Notes under the pieces: generated by a model
What the model was told of the DNA's origin: nothing
What the model saw: the letters and a program-made list of their open reading frames with translations, nothing else
Databases searched by the model: none
Made by a program: the position numbers and the translations under genes
Shown: positions 52,169 to 64,000 of the stretch, piece after piece
How the letters are laid out: every line of letters begins with the position of its first letter
How positions within the stretch are numbered: position 1 is the stretch's first letter
Assembly (NCBI GenBank): GCA_963796055.1
Contig: CAWCKH010000004.1
Span: forward strand, 2,656,001-2,720,000
From: an uncultured delta proteobacterium
Lineage (GTDB): Bacteria; Myxococcota; Myxococcia; Myxococcales; Myxococcaceae
DNA length: 64,000 nt
Reading direction: 5' to 3'

Positions 52169-52924
52169 CTAGTAGCGCACGTTTTGCCCGCCCAGCAGCT
52201 GGTTCGCCTGCAGGAGGTAGTACTGCGCCTGCTGTGCGTTCTTCTGGGCGAGCGCCGCCTCCGCGGCCCCGACCAGGCGCGCCGCCTCGGCCGCGCGGCT
52301 GGCCTCCGCCGGAGAGTTGGCCGCGTTCGCCGCCGCAGCCGTCTGCTGGAGGGCGACGCGGGTCGACTGCAGCGCCGCCGGGTCCCAGTCGCCGTAGGCT
52401 TGCAAGGACTGCACGGTCCCGTCGATCGAGCTGCGGGCACCGTCCATCTGCGTCGCGCGCTGCGTCCGGGCCTGCTGCTCGGCGATGCGCGCGTCCTCCG
52501 CCGCGCGCTGCTGGGCGGCGATCTGCTGGAGGGCCTCGGTCTGGGCACGCGACTGCTCGACCAGCTCCTCCATGTAGGGATTCGGCTGACCATCCGTCCG
52601 GTCGGCGCGGGCCTTCTTCCTGTGCGACGTCCCTGCGTCCGGCGGTGCCGGCTCCTGCACCGAGATGCGGGTGGATGGCTCCGGGGCGCCGTCGGCTGCG
52701 GACCGCACGCCGCCATCGCGCGAGGCGCTGGCCGGCCGTCCAGCGTCGGTGGCCGGCCGCTGAGCGTCCCCCCGGAGGACGCCCGCGTCCGGGCCGGCAG
52801 GGCGAGGGCCAGCGTCGGCGGCGCGCGCCGCCTGCGGGGCACCGTGCGGCGCGGCCGGGGCCCGGCCTGGAGCTCCGGCATCCGGGGCCGCCAGCAGAGC
52901 GGAGAGAAGGAAGAAGCCGGTCAT
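52169..52924 (-). CDS. Hypothetical secreted protein with DAG repeats and a helical Gln/Ala-rich domain
   Basis: Signal-like start, several xDAG/DGG motifs, coiled-coil C-terminus; TAGAGT lies 7 nt before the ATG. Confidence 0.7.
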   Translation of the reverse strand: MTGFFLLSALLAAPDAGAPGRAPAAPHGAPQAARAADAGPRPAGPDAGVLRGDAQRPATDAGRPASASRDGGVRSAADGAPEPSTRISVQEPAPPDAGTSHRKKARADRTDGQPNPYMEELVEQSRAQTEALQQIAAQQRAAEDARIAEQQARTQRATQMDGARSSIDGTVQSLQAYGDWDPAALQSTRVALQQTAAAANAANSPAEASRAAEAARLVGAAEAALAQKNAQQAQYYLLQANQLLGGQNVRY

Positions 52925-52982
52925 CGGCAGGACTCTAACGCGGAGGCAGTCCGGGCGACGGCGCGAGCGCAGGGGCTCCGCC

Positions 52983-54344
52983 TCAGGAGGCCACCCGGGT
53001 GCGTTCCTGGAGCGCGTCCAGGCACGCCCGCGCTGCCTGCTCCCCCGTCTCCAGCGCTCCGTGCACCGTGCCGGCCTGTCCCTCGGTGTGGGTGTGCTCG
53101 CCGGCGAAGAAAAGCGTGTCGGCCACCGCCCGCGCGAGCACCTGCGGGGCTCCGAGCGCTCCCACCGGCGTCACCGCGTAGCCGCCGCGGGCGAAGGGGT
53201 CGGCTTGCCAGTCGTGGTACCGCTCGTCGTCGAGCAGCTCCTCCAGCCGGCCGCGCGGAACTCCGAACAGCCCCTCGAGGCTCGCCAGCGCGCGGTCACG
53301 GCGGGCGTCGGGTGCGAGCGCCGACAGCTCCTGGGCCAGCGGCCCGCCGGCCCATCCGGTGAGCACTCCGGACTCGACCGGGGCGGTGGTCCACCAGGTC
53401 GGGACCGGTCCCCCGGGCAGGTGGGCGAAGCCGAACCCGCGCAGCCGGGCGTGATGCGCGGTGGGAGTACCCGACGTCCAGAAGTCCTCGCGGAAGCGGA
53501 GCAGCAGCTTGAAGAGCGGCCCCTGCACCAGCGCGCCGGCGGCGCGCTCCACGTCGTGCACCCGCGGGGCGAAGCGGATCGCGCCGGTCGCCCCCACCGG
53601 GGCCCGGAGCACGCCAAGCGGCACGGTGACGATGGCGGCTCGTGCCCGCACCGGGGCGAGCACGTGGCCAGTGCACTTCCGGGCGTGGACCAGCACCTGC
53701 CCGGCGGACCAGAGGACTTCGGTGACCACGGCCGAGAGCCGCAGCGCATCGGGGACGCGCTTCAGCACCGAGGCGAGCACGCGTTCGAGCACCGAGACGA
53801 ACCCGCCCTCGATGCGCGCGGCCCGGTCGGCCTGGAGGGCACGCGAGGCCCGCTCCAGGGCGCCGATGGCCTCGGCGCTGGCCCGGGTGACGTCGGCGGC
53901 GTAGTACCCCTCGATGTATTGCCGGGCGAGCACCCGCTCCTCGGGGGTGAGATGGCCCGCCCGCACCAGCGCCTCCAGGGCCTCGTCCACCGGGAGGTCC
54001 CCGTGCAGCTCCGCCACGGCGGCCAGGGCCTCCTCCAGCAGCGGCCCGGCGTCGACCAGCCGGCCTTCCTGGAGCGTGAGATGCCTCTGCCCGGTGGGAA
54101 CGACGCTCCGTCGCGCCTTCCGTGCCAGGGCGAGCAGGGTGCGTGCCTTGCCCTGGACGAACTCCGCCCCGAGCTCGACCGGCACCGGCCAGCCCGGAGG
54201 AGACTGGGTGTCGATGCGGCCGCCGATGCGCGGGCGGGCCTCGAGCACCCGCACCGTTCGCCCGCGCCGGGCCAGGGCGTCGGCCGCCGCCAGCCCTGCC
54301 GCCCCGGCTCCCACCACCACCACGTCGACGCGCTCCTCTGCCAC
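52983..54344 (-). CDS. Flavin monoamine oxidase family FAD oxidoreductase
   Basis: VVGAGAAGLAAA, LEARPRIGGR, ELGAEF, TVPLGVL, WQADPFARGGY, FAGEHT, GTVHGALETG. Confidence 0.9.
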   Translation of the reverse strand: MAEERVDVVVVGAGAAGLAAADALARRGRTVRVLEARPRIGGRIDTQSPPGWPVPVELGAEFVQGKARTLLALARKARRSVVPTGQRHLTLQEGRLVDAGPLLEEALAAVAELHGDLPVDEALEALVRAGHLTPEERVLARQYIEGYYAADVTRASAEAIGALERASRALQADRAARIEGGFVSVLERVLASVLKRVPDALRLSAVVTEVLWSAGQVLVHARKCTGHVLAPVRARAAIVTVPLGVLRAPVGATGAIRFAPRVHDVERAAGALVQGPLFKLLLRFREDFWTSGTPTAHHARLRGFGFAHLPGGPVPTWWTTAPVESGVLTGWAGGPLAQELSALAPDARRDRALASLEGLFGVPRGRLEELLDDERYHDWQADPFARGGYAVTPVGALGAPQVLARAVADTLFFAGEHTHTEGQAGTVHGALETGEQAARACLDALQERTRVAS

Positions 54345-54411
54345 GGCCAGGACGCCTCCAGCACGGGGGTGTCCCGTGTTAGCAGGCAAGGTGGTGGAGA
54401 GGCCCGCCCTC

Positions 54412-55344
54412 GTGCGATCGACTGTCCTTTCCCGGGCGGCTGCGGGGGGGCTGGTCCGTCTTCTCCAGGCGCTCCCGTCCGGTGCCGTCGACGCGCTCGC
54501 CCGCAGGGTGGCGGCGTGCGCGTACGCGCTGGGCATCCGCCGGAGAGTGACGCTCGACAACCTGGCCCGGGCCCTCCCCCAGCTCGGCGAGGGGGAGCGC
54601 CGGGCCATCGCCCGTGCGGCCTACGCCAACATGGCCCGGGTAGTGGTGGACGCGCTCCGCACGCTCGGGGCGCCGCGGGCGCAACTCCTGGCCGAGGTGC
54701 AGGTGGACGACTTCGGGCCGGTGGAGCGGGCGCTGGCCCGCGGCAAGGGGCTCCTGGTGGCGACCGCGCACCTGGGCAGCTGGGAGCTGTTCGGCGCGGC
54801 GATGGCCCAGCGCGTTCCGCTCCACGCGGTCGTCCGGCCGCTGCGCGGCGGTCTGAACGCCCGGCTGGTGGAGGCGCGGGAGCGGGCCGGTCTGCGCCTG
54901 ATTCCCGGGCGCGGCGCCCTGTCCGGCACCGTGGCCGCGCTCCGGAAGAACGAGGTCGTGGCCATGCTGGTGGACCAGGCCATCGGAGGGAAGCACGCGC
55001 TCTTCGTGCCCTTCTTTGGCCGGCCGGCGGCGACTACCCCTGCACTGTCGATGGCCGCGCTCCGCACCGGCGCGCCGACGCTGGTGGTGGTCGCCCTCCG
55101 TGAGGGCGGGCGTCTCAGGTTCAGGGTCGAGGGGCCCTTCGAGGTGTCGGACACCGGAGATCGCCAGCGCGATCTCCGCGACCACACCGCCAGGGTGACC
55201 GCGGCGCTGGAGCGCATCATCCGCGAGGCGCCCGAGCAGTGGCTATGGCTGCACCGGCGCTGGAAGCTTCAGCCACCCGTCGGCTGGTCGACGTCGACCT
55301 CCGACCGGGGGTCGGCAGAAGCGAGCGGACGACCTACCTCCTGA
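54412..55344 (+). CDS. Lipid A late acyltransferase (LpxL/HtrB family)
   Basis: AHLGSWEL, LVDQ, VPFFGRPA, PEQWLWLHRRWK; start uncertain (54391 or 54412). Confidence 0.88.
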   Translation: MRSTVLSRAAAGGLVRLLQALPSGAVDALARRVAACAYALGIRRRVTLDNLARALPQLGEGERRAIARAAYANMARVVVDALRTLGAPRAQLLAEVQVDDFGPVERALARGKGLLVATAHLGSWELFGAAMAQRVPLHAVVRPLRGGLNARLVEARERAGLRLIPGRGALSGTVAALRKNEVVAMLVDQAIGGKHALFVPFFGRPAATTPALSMAALRTGAPTLVVVALREGGRLRFRVEGPFEVSDTGDRQRDLRDHTARVTAALERIIREAPEQWLWLHRRWKLQPPVGWSTSTSDRGSAEASGRPTS

Positions 55345-55351
55345 GCCTCGC

Positions 55352-56581
55352 GTGGACACGTCCGTCGAGGCACCCGGGGCGGCCGAGGAGGTCGCCTGTC
55401 ACGATTGCGCGCAGGTCCAGGCCCTGCCGCCGCTGGGCCCGCACGCCCTGGCGCGGTGCTGGCGCTGCGGCGCGGTGCTCGACGTCCGCGAGCCGCCGGA
55501 TGCGACCCCGCTGGCGCTGGCGGTCGCCGGGCTCGTCTGTGGCCTGCTGGCCAATGCCTACCCCATTCTCCAGGTGAGCCTCGCCGGGCGGACGCGGAGC
55601 AACGTCCTGGTGAGCGGGCCACGGGCGCTGATCACCGATCACTTCCCTGGCCTGGCCCTCCTGGTCGCCGCCTTCTCCATCGTCTTCCCGCTGCTGTGGC
55701 TGGGGTCGGTCTCGTACGTGCTGCTCCACGTCCGGGCCGGGACCCGGTCCCCCGAGCTGGGGCCGCTGTTCCGGCTCGCGGAGCGGGTCCGCCCGTGGGC
55801 GATGACCGAGGTGTACGTGGTCGGAGGCTTCGTGGCCTTCACCCGCCTGGAGGAGCTGGGCCGGGTGTCGATCGGCACCGGCGGCTGGGCGATCGCCGCG
55901 ACGGCCTTCCTCACCTTCCTGGTCGACCAGGTCCTGGATCGCCGGCACGTCTGGGACGCGATCCAGGCCCCGCGCCCCGTGCCGCCCGGGCCCACCCTGG
56001 CTTGCCCGCAGTGTGACCTCGTGACCACCCGGTCCGAGGGTGAGCGCTGTCCACGCTGCCGGACCCCACTGTGGCGCCGCAAGCGAAGCAGCCTGGAACG
56101 CACCGTCGCCCTGGTCATCGCCGGCGCGGCGCTCTACCTGCCGGCCAACATCTTGCCGATCATGGCCGTCGGCCGGCTGGGGCGGCCCAACCCCGACACC
56201 ATCCTCACCGGCATCGGGGAGCTGGTGCGGCGCGGCTACTGGCCGCTGGCGATCATCGTCCTCTTCGCCAGCGTGCTGGTCCCGGTGGTGAAGCTGGTGA
56301 GCCTGACATGGTTCGTGGTCTCCGTCCGGCAGCGGTGGCGATGGGCGCTTGCATTCCGGACCCGGCTCTACCGCGTGGTCGACGGAATCGGCCGCTGGTC
56401 CAACATCGACGTCTTCATGATCTCCCTCCTGGTGGCCCTGGTGCAGTTCGGGGTGCTGGCCACGGTGGAGGCGAAGGCGGGGGCGGTGGCGTTTGCCGCG
56501 GTGGTGGTCATCACCATGTTCGCTGCCGAGGCCTTCGACCCCCGGCTGATGTGGGACGCGGTCGAGGAGAGGTGCGAATGA
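55352..56581 (+). CDS. pqiA: Paraquat-inducible inner-membrane protein A
   Basis: Two CxxC..CxRC modules, WAMTEV, PANILPIM, GRWSNIDVF, FDPRLMWD. Confidence 0.93.
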   Translation: MDTSVEAPGAAEEVACHDCAQVQALPPLGPHALARCWRCGAVLDVREPPDATPLALAVAGLVCGLLANAYPILQVSLAGRTRSNVLVSGPRALITDHFPGLALLVAAFSIVFPLLWLGSVSYVLLHVRAGTRSPELGPLFRLAERVRPWAMTEVYVVGGFVAFTRLEELGRVSIGTGGWAIAATAFLTFLVDQVLDRRHVWDAIQAPRPVPPGPTLACPQCDLVTTRSEGERCPRCRTPLWRRKRSSLERTVALVIAGAALYLPANILPIMAVGRLGRPNPDTILTGIGELVRRGYWPLAIIVLFASVLVPVVKLVSLTWFVVSVRQRWRWALAFRTRLYRVVDGIGRWSNIDVFMISLLVALVQFGVLATVEAKAGAVAFAAVVVITMFAAEAFDPRLMWDAVEERCE

Positions 56582-58176
56582 CCGAGATTCGCGAGGCGCG
56601 AGTCCAGCGCCGTCGGTTCGCCCCCATCTGGCTGGTGCCCATCACCGCGGTGGTGATCGCCGGCTGGCTGGGGTTCAAGACCTACGGCCAGCGCGGGCCG
56701 CTCATCACCATCACCTTCGCCAGCGCCGAGGGCATCGAGGCGGGCCGCACCCGGATCATGCTCCGCAACGTCGAGGTGGGCCTGGTGGAGTTCCTCGATC
56801 TGAGCCGCGACCTCGGCCACGTCGAGGTGCACGCCCGGATGCGCAGCGACCTCTCGGACCACCTGACCACCGGGAGCCGCTTCTGGGTGGTGCGGCCGAG
56901 GCTCGGGGTGGGCGGGGTGTCGGGTCTGGGAACGCTCTTCTCCGGGGTGTACATCGAGATGGAGCCGGGAACGGGGGGAGGAAGGCGGACCGAGCGGTTC
57001 AAGGGCCTCGAGGAGCCCCCGGTGCTCCCGCCGTCGGGCGATGGGAAGACGTTCGTGCTGCGGGCCAAGAGCCTCGGCTCGCTGAGCCGCGGCTCGCCGG
57101 TGTACTACCGGGGCGTGCCGGTGGGCGAGGTGCTCGGGGCGACGCTTGCCCAGGACGCCCAGAGCGTGGGGGTCAACGTCTTCGTCCGTGCCCCGCACGA
57201 CCAGCTGGTCCGGCCGGAGACCCGCTTCTGGAATGCGTCGGGCATCGAGGTCAGCACCGGGGGGGCGGGCTTCAAGGCGCGGGCCGAGTCGCTGCAGGCG
57301 GTCATCATCGGCGGCATCGCCTTTGACACCCGCCCCGAGGGAGCGACCGAGCCGCCCAGCCCGAAGGACAGCGAGTTCGAGCTCTATCCGGACAAGGACT
57401 CCGCCCAGGACACGCCCTATGGCCCCCAGGTTTCGTACCTGGTCCATTTCGGTGGATCGGTCCGGGGCGTGGACGTGGGGACGCCGGTGGAGCTGCTCGG
57501 CATCCGCGTGGGGCAGGTGAGCGACGTCCGGCTCGAGGGGGATGCGGGGCGGCTCCGGGTGCCGGTGACGTTGACGCTGGATCCCGAGCGGGTGCTCCTC
57601 CACCAGGGCGAGCTGCCCGCGGAAGGCCAGCAGCTGCAGCAGTCGACGGACGCCCAGATGGCGCTGCTGGTCGCCCGCGGGCTGCGCGCCGAGCTGGAGA
57701 CGGCGAGCCTCCTGACCGGCCACAAGGTGGTGGCACTCGCCTTCCATCCGCACGCTCCGCGGGCGCGACTGACCTTCGGCGGACGCCAACCGGAGCTCCC
57801 CACGGTGCCGGGAAACGGGTTCGACGACATCACCGAGTCCGCGAACCGGCTCCTGGCGGATGCCCGGCAGATGGTGCAGGGGGCCAACGAGGTGCTCCGC
57901 TCGCCGGAGCTGGCGAGGACCCTCAAGAGCCTCGACGTGCTCACCCGCGAGGCAAGCACCCACATCGGGCCGACGATGCAGAGCCTGCAGGCGGCGTCGA
58001 AGCAGCTGGAGCGGACGCTCTCGGCGACCTCGGGGCTGCTCGGGAACACCACCACCGGGTCGGGCGAGCTGCCGCGGGCGCTGCGCGACCTGCGCGAGGC
58101 CTCGCGCTCGGTGCGGCTGCTCACCGACTACCTCGAGCGGCACCCGGAGGCGCTGGTCCAGGGGAAGCGACCGTGA
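56578..58176 (+). CDS. pqiB: MCE-domain intermembrane transport protein B
   Basis: IWLVP, AEGIEAG, RFWVVRP, GSPVYYRG, RFWNASG, GGIAFDT, GTPVELLG, YLERHPEALV; ATGA overlap with pqiA. Confidence 0.93.
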   Translation: MTEIREARVQRRRFAPIWLVPITAVVIAGWLGFKTYGQRGPLITITFASAEGIEAGRTRIMLRNVEVGLVEFLDLSRDLGHVEVHARMRSDLSDHLTTGSRFWVVRPRLGVGGVSGLGTLFSGVYIEMEPGTGGGRRTERFKGLEEPPVLPPSGDGKTFVLRAKSLGSLSRGSPVYYRGVPVGEVLGATLAQDAQSVGVNVFVRAPHDQLVRPETRFWNASGIEVSTGGAGFKARAESLQAVIIGGIAFDTRPEGATEPPSPKDSEFELYPDKDSAQDTPYGPQVSYLVHFGGSVRGVDVGTPVELLGIRVGQVSDVRLEGDAGRLRVPVTLTLDPERVLLHQGELPAEGQQLQQSTDAQMALLVARGLRAELETASLLTGHKVVALAFHPHAPRARLTFGGRQPELPTVPGNGFDDITESANRLLADARQMVQGANEVLRSPELARTLKSLDVLTREASTHIGPTMQSLQAASKQLERTLSATSGLLGNTTTGSGELPRALRDLREASRSVRLLTDYLERHPEALVQGKRP

Positions 58177-58772
58177 GCGCCCGGGTCAAGCTGCCCCTTG
58201 CGCTCGCGGCGCTCGCGGCACTCGCGGGCTGTCTCGGGAGCTCGCCCGCGTCGCGGTTCTACACCCTGTCCACCCTGTCTCCGCACGCGGGGCAGGGCGG
58301 CGGGGGGGGTGGGCCGGCGTTCCGCGTCCGGGTCGCGCCGGTGACGTTGCCCGAGGGCGTGGACCGTCCGCAGCTGGTGCGCCGCACGGGCGAGAACACG
58401 GTGGTGGTGGACGAGTACGACCGGTGGGTCGAGCCGCTCGATGCGCTGCTCCGGAACACGCTGGTGCTGGACCTCGGGGCGCTGCTGCCGGACGCCCAGG
58501 TGCTCGGGGACGCCGTGCCGGGGCTCGCCGCCGAGCGGACGGTGGTGGTCGCGGTGAACCGGCTGGACCTCTCGAGCCAGGTGCTCATGGACGCGGTGTG
58601 GTTCGTGCTGCCCGCGGGGACGGACCAGCCGGAGCGCACACACCGGACGAGCCTGACCGAGAACGCCGGGTCGGGGTCTCCGGCCGACATCGCGCCCGCG
58701 CTCAGCCGGGCCATCGAGCGACTGTCGCGGGAAATTGCCGGCGAGCTCACTCCAACCCAGACTCCGCAGTGA
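58173..58772 (+). CDS. pqiC: PqiC family outer-membrane lipoprotein
   Basis: Lipobox LAGC, FYTL, DRPQLV, RWVEPL. Confidence 0.88.
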   Translation: MSARVKLPLALAALAALAGCLGSSPASRFYTLSTLSPHAGQGGGGGGPAFRVRVAPVTLPEGVDRPQLVRRTGENTVVVDEYDRWVEPLDALLRNTLVLDLGALLPDAQVLGDAVPGLAAERTVVVAVNRLDLSSQVLMDAVWFVLPAGTDQPERTHRTSLTENAGSGSPADIAPALSRAIERLSREIAGELTPTQTPQ

Positions 58773-58931
58773 GGGTGGCGGCGGGTGGCTAGAGCATCCC
58801 CGCCCGGTGCAGCACCGCGGCGTCTCGTCGGTCTCGGCGAAGAGGGTCGCCACCTCGGCCGGGAGCTCGCAGCTGGAGAGCCCCCTGGGACGCTACCCCG
58901 CGACCGGCCCGGCCCCATCGCCCCAGGGCTT

Positions 58932-60401
58932 CTAGGTCGCCGCGGTGAACGGCAGATCGTTTCCGCGCGTGGGCAGCCGCGACGGGGCGCCGGTGAGCAC
59001 GGAGTCGATGTCCCGCGCGGCCTCGCGGCCGTCGGCGATGGCCCAGACGATGAGGCTCGCCCCGCGCCGCGCGTCGCCCACCGCCCAGATGCCGGGACGC
59101 GAGGTCCGGAACCTTCCGTCCACCCGGAGGTTGCCGCGGGCGTCGAGCGCGAGCCCGAGCTGGGATTCCAGCGCGGCGGTCTCCGGCCCGAGAAAGCCCA
59201 TCGCCAGCAACAGCAGATCCACCTGGCGGGTGGTCTCGGAGCCGGCGACGGGGACGATGCGCCCGCGGCCGGCCTCGTCCGTCTCCAGCCGCACCCGGGC
59301 CAGCTCCATCTCCGCCAGCCACCCGTTCCGCCCGAGGAGCCGGGTGGTGGAGAGCCCGAACTCGCGGTCTCCCCCCTCCTCCTGGCTGGAGGAGGTGCGG
59401 AACACCACCGGCCAGTCCGGCCACCAGTTCCCCGGCGCGCGGCTCTTGGGAGGCGCGGGGAGCAGCTCGATCTGCTCGACGTGCGCCGCGCCCTGTCGGT
59501 GCGCGGTGCCCAGACAGTCCGACCCGGTGTCGCCACCGCCGAGGATGACCACCCGCTTGCCGTAGGCGGACAGCTCGGGTGGCAGCGGTGCGCCGCCGAC
59601 GTGCCGGTTCTGCGCCTCGAGATAGTCCATCGCCCAGACGACGCCGGGGAGCTCGCGCCCGGGGACGACCAGGTCGCGGGGCCGCCGGGCGCCGAGCGCC
59701 AGCACCAGGGCGTCGTGCTCGGCGGCGAGCTGGTCGAATCCCGGCGCCATGCCCACGTCCACGCCGCAGCGGAAGGTCACCCCCTCGGCCTCGAGCAGCT
59801 TCACCCGCCGCTCGACCAGCGACTTCTCCAGCTTGAAGTCGGGGATGCCGAACCGGAGCAGCCCTCCCGGGGCCGGGGCGCGCTCGTAGACGATGACCGT
59901 GTGGCCGGCGCGGTTCAGCCCCGCCGCCGCGGCCAGCCCCGCCGGCCCGCTGCCCACCACCCCCACCGTCCTGCCGGTGCGGGATGCCGGGGGATGCGGG
60001 CGCACCCAGCCCTCCCGGAAGGCGCGGTCGGCGATCTCCTTCTCGATCTGCTCGATGGTCACCGGCGCCTGGTCGATGGCCAGCACGCACGCCGCCTCGC
60101 ACGGGGCGGGGCAGAGCCGGCCGGTGAACTCGGGGAAGTCGTTGGTGGAGGAGAGCGTGGCCCAGGCCTCCTCCCAGCGCCCGCGCCAGACCAGGTCGTT
60201 GAAGTCGGGGATGAGGTTTCCAAGCGGACAGCCCTGGTGACAGAACGGGATGCCGCAGTCCATGCACCGCCCCGCCTGGCGCCGGCTCTGCTCGCTGGAC
60301 TGGGGAAGGATGAACTCCCGGGTGTCGTGCACCCGCTCCGACTTCGGCCGCTTGGGGGGCGCCTCGCGCTGCCACTCCAGGAATCCGGTGGTCTTGCCCA
60401 T
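58932..60401 (-). CDS. gltD: Glutamate synthase small subunit
   Basis: MGKTTGF, RCMDCGIPFC, GCPLGN, FPEFTGRLCPAPCE, GSGPAG, GGGDTGSDC. Confidence 0.96.
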   Translation of the reverse strand: MGKTTGFLEWQREAPPKRPKSERVHDTREFILPQSSEQSRRQAGRCMDCGIPFCHQGCPLGNLIPDFNDLVWRGRWEEAWATLSSTNDFPEFTGRLCPAPCEAACVLAIDQAPVTIEQIEKEIADRAFREGWVRPHPPASRTGRTVGVVGSGPAGLAAAAGLNRAGHTVIVYERAPAPGGLLRFGIPDFKLEKSLVERRVKLLEAEGVTFRCGVDVGMAPGFDQLAAEHDALVLALGARRPRDLVVPGRELPGVVWAMDYLEAQNRHVGGAPLPPELSAYGKRVVILGGGDTGSDCLGTAHRQGAAHVEQIELLPAPPKSRAPGNWWPDWPVVFRTSSSQEEGGDREFGLSTTRLLGRNGWLAEMELARVRLETDEAGRGRIVPVAGSETTRQVDLLLLAMGFLGPETAALESQLGLALDARGNLRVDGRFRTSRPGIWAVGDARRGASLIVWAIADGREAARDIDSVLTGAPSRLPTRGNDLPFTAAT

Positions 60402-60412
60402 GAGTGCTCCGC

Positions 60413-64000
<3,588 letters not shown>

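Noticed and set aside
52127..52172. GGAGCACTAG matching the MITE end at a stop codon, with a short TGCTCC inverted partner
   Set aside because: Only about 10 bp match and none of the internal element; cannot be separated from chance or a simple hairpin.
58775..58930. Possible small ORF between pqiC and gltD
   Set aside because: No credible start or motif; it is a gap between convergent genes.

Overview
Very GC-rich bacterial chromosomal segment. Gene content (FHA-domain sigma54 activator, membrane Ser/Thr kinase, J-domain/PilZ protein, DAG-repeat secreted proteins, spdEFG1-type EF-G) points to Myxococcota; this is inference. Most of the window is housekeeping and accessory metabolism: double-length uvrA, spmAB, LemA/TPM, a GT51 transglycosylase, sirtuin, alpha-hydroxy-acid oxidase, MoxR/VWA, serB, an osmoprotectant ABC transporter, rmuC, beta-oxidation genes, an orphan DNA methyltransferase, FadL with a VolA-like lipase, trxA, ybaK, kup, fusA, phhA, lpxL, pqiABC and gltDB (gltB is partial). 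Several genes carry single-base frameshifts that look like long-read indel errors. I found no rRNA, tRNA, CRISPR array or transposase. The most interesting signals are non-coding. (1) Directly behind a Ser/Thr kinase and FHA-sigma54 activator pair lie four GGTGCAAC boxes, a GG-N10-GC sigma54 promoter and an ~84-nt ORF-less unit ending in a terminator with a C/U-rich loop, which suggests a kinase-controlled, Pxr-like small RNA. (2) A 186-bp fold-back MITE-like element sits inside the MoxR-VWA operon. (3) A shared 16-bp operator-like motif precedes both the fad operon and the lipase-FadL operon. (4) Many genes have a -10 hexamer just before the start codon with no Shine-Dalgarno, suggesting leaderless mRNAs.
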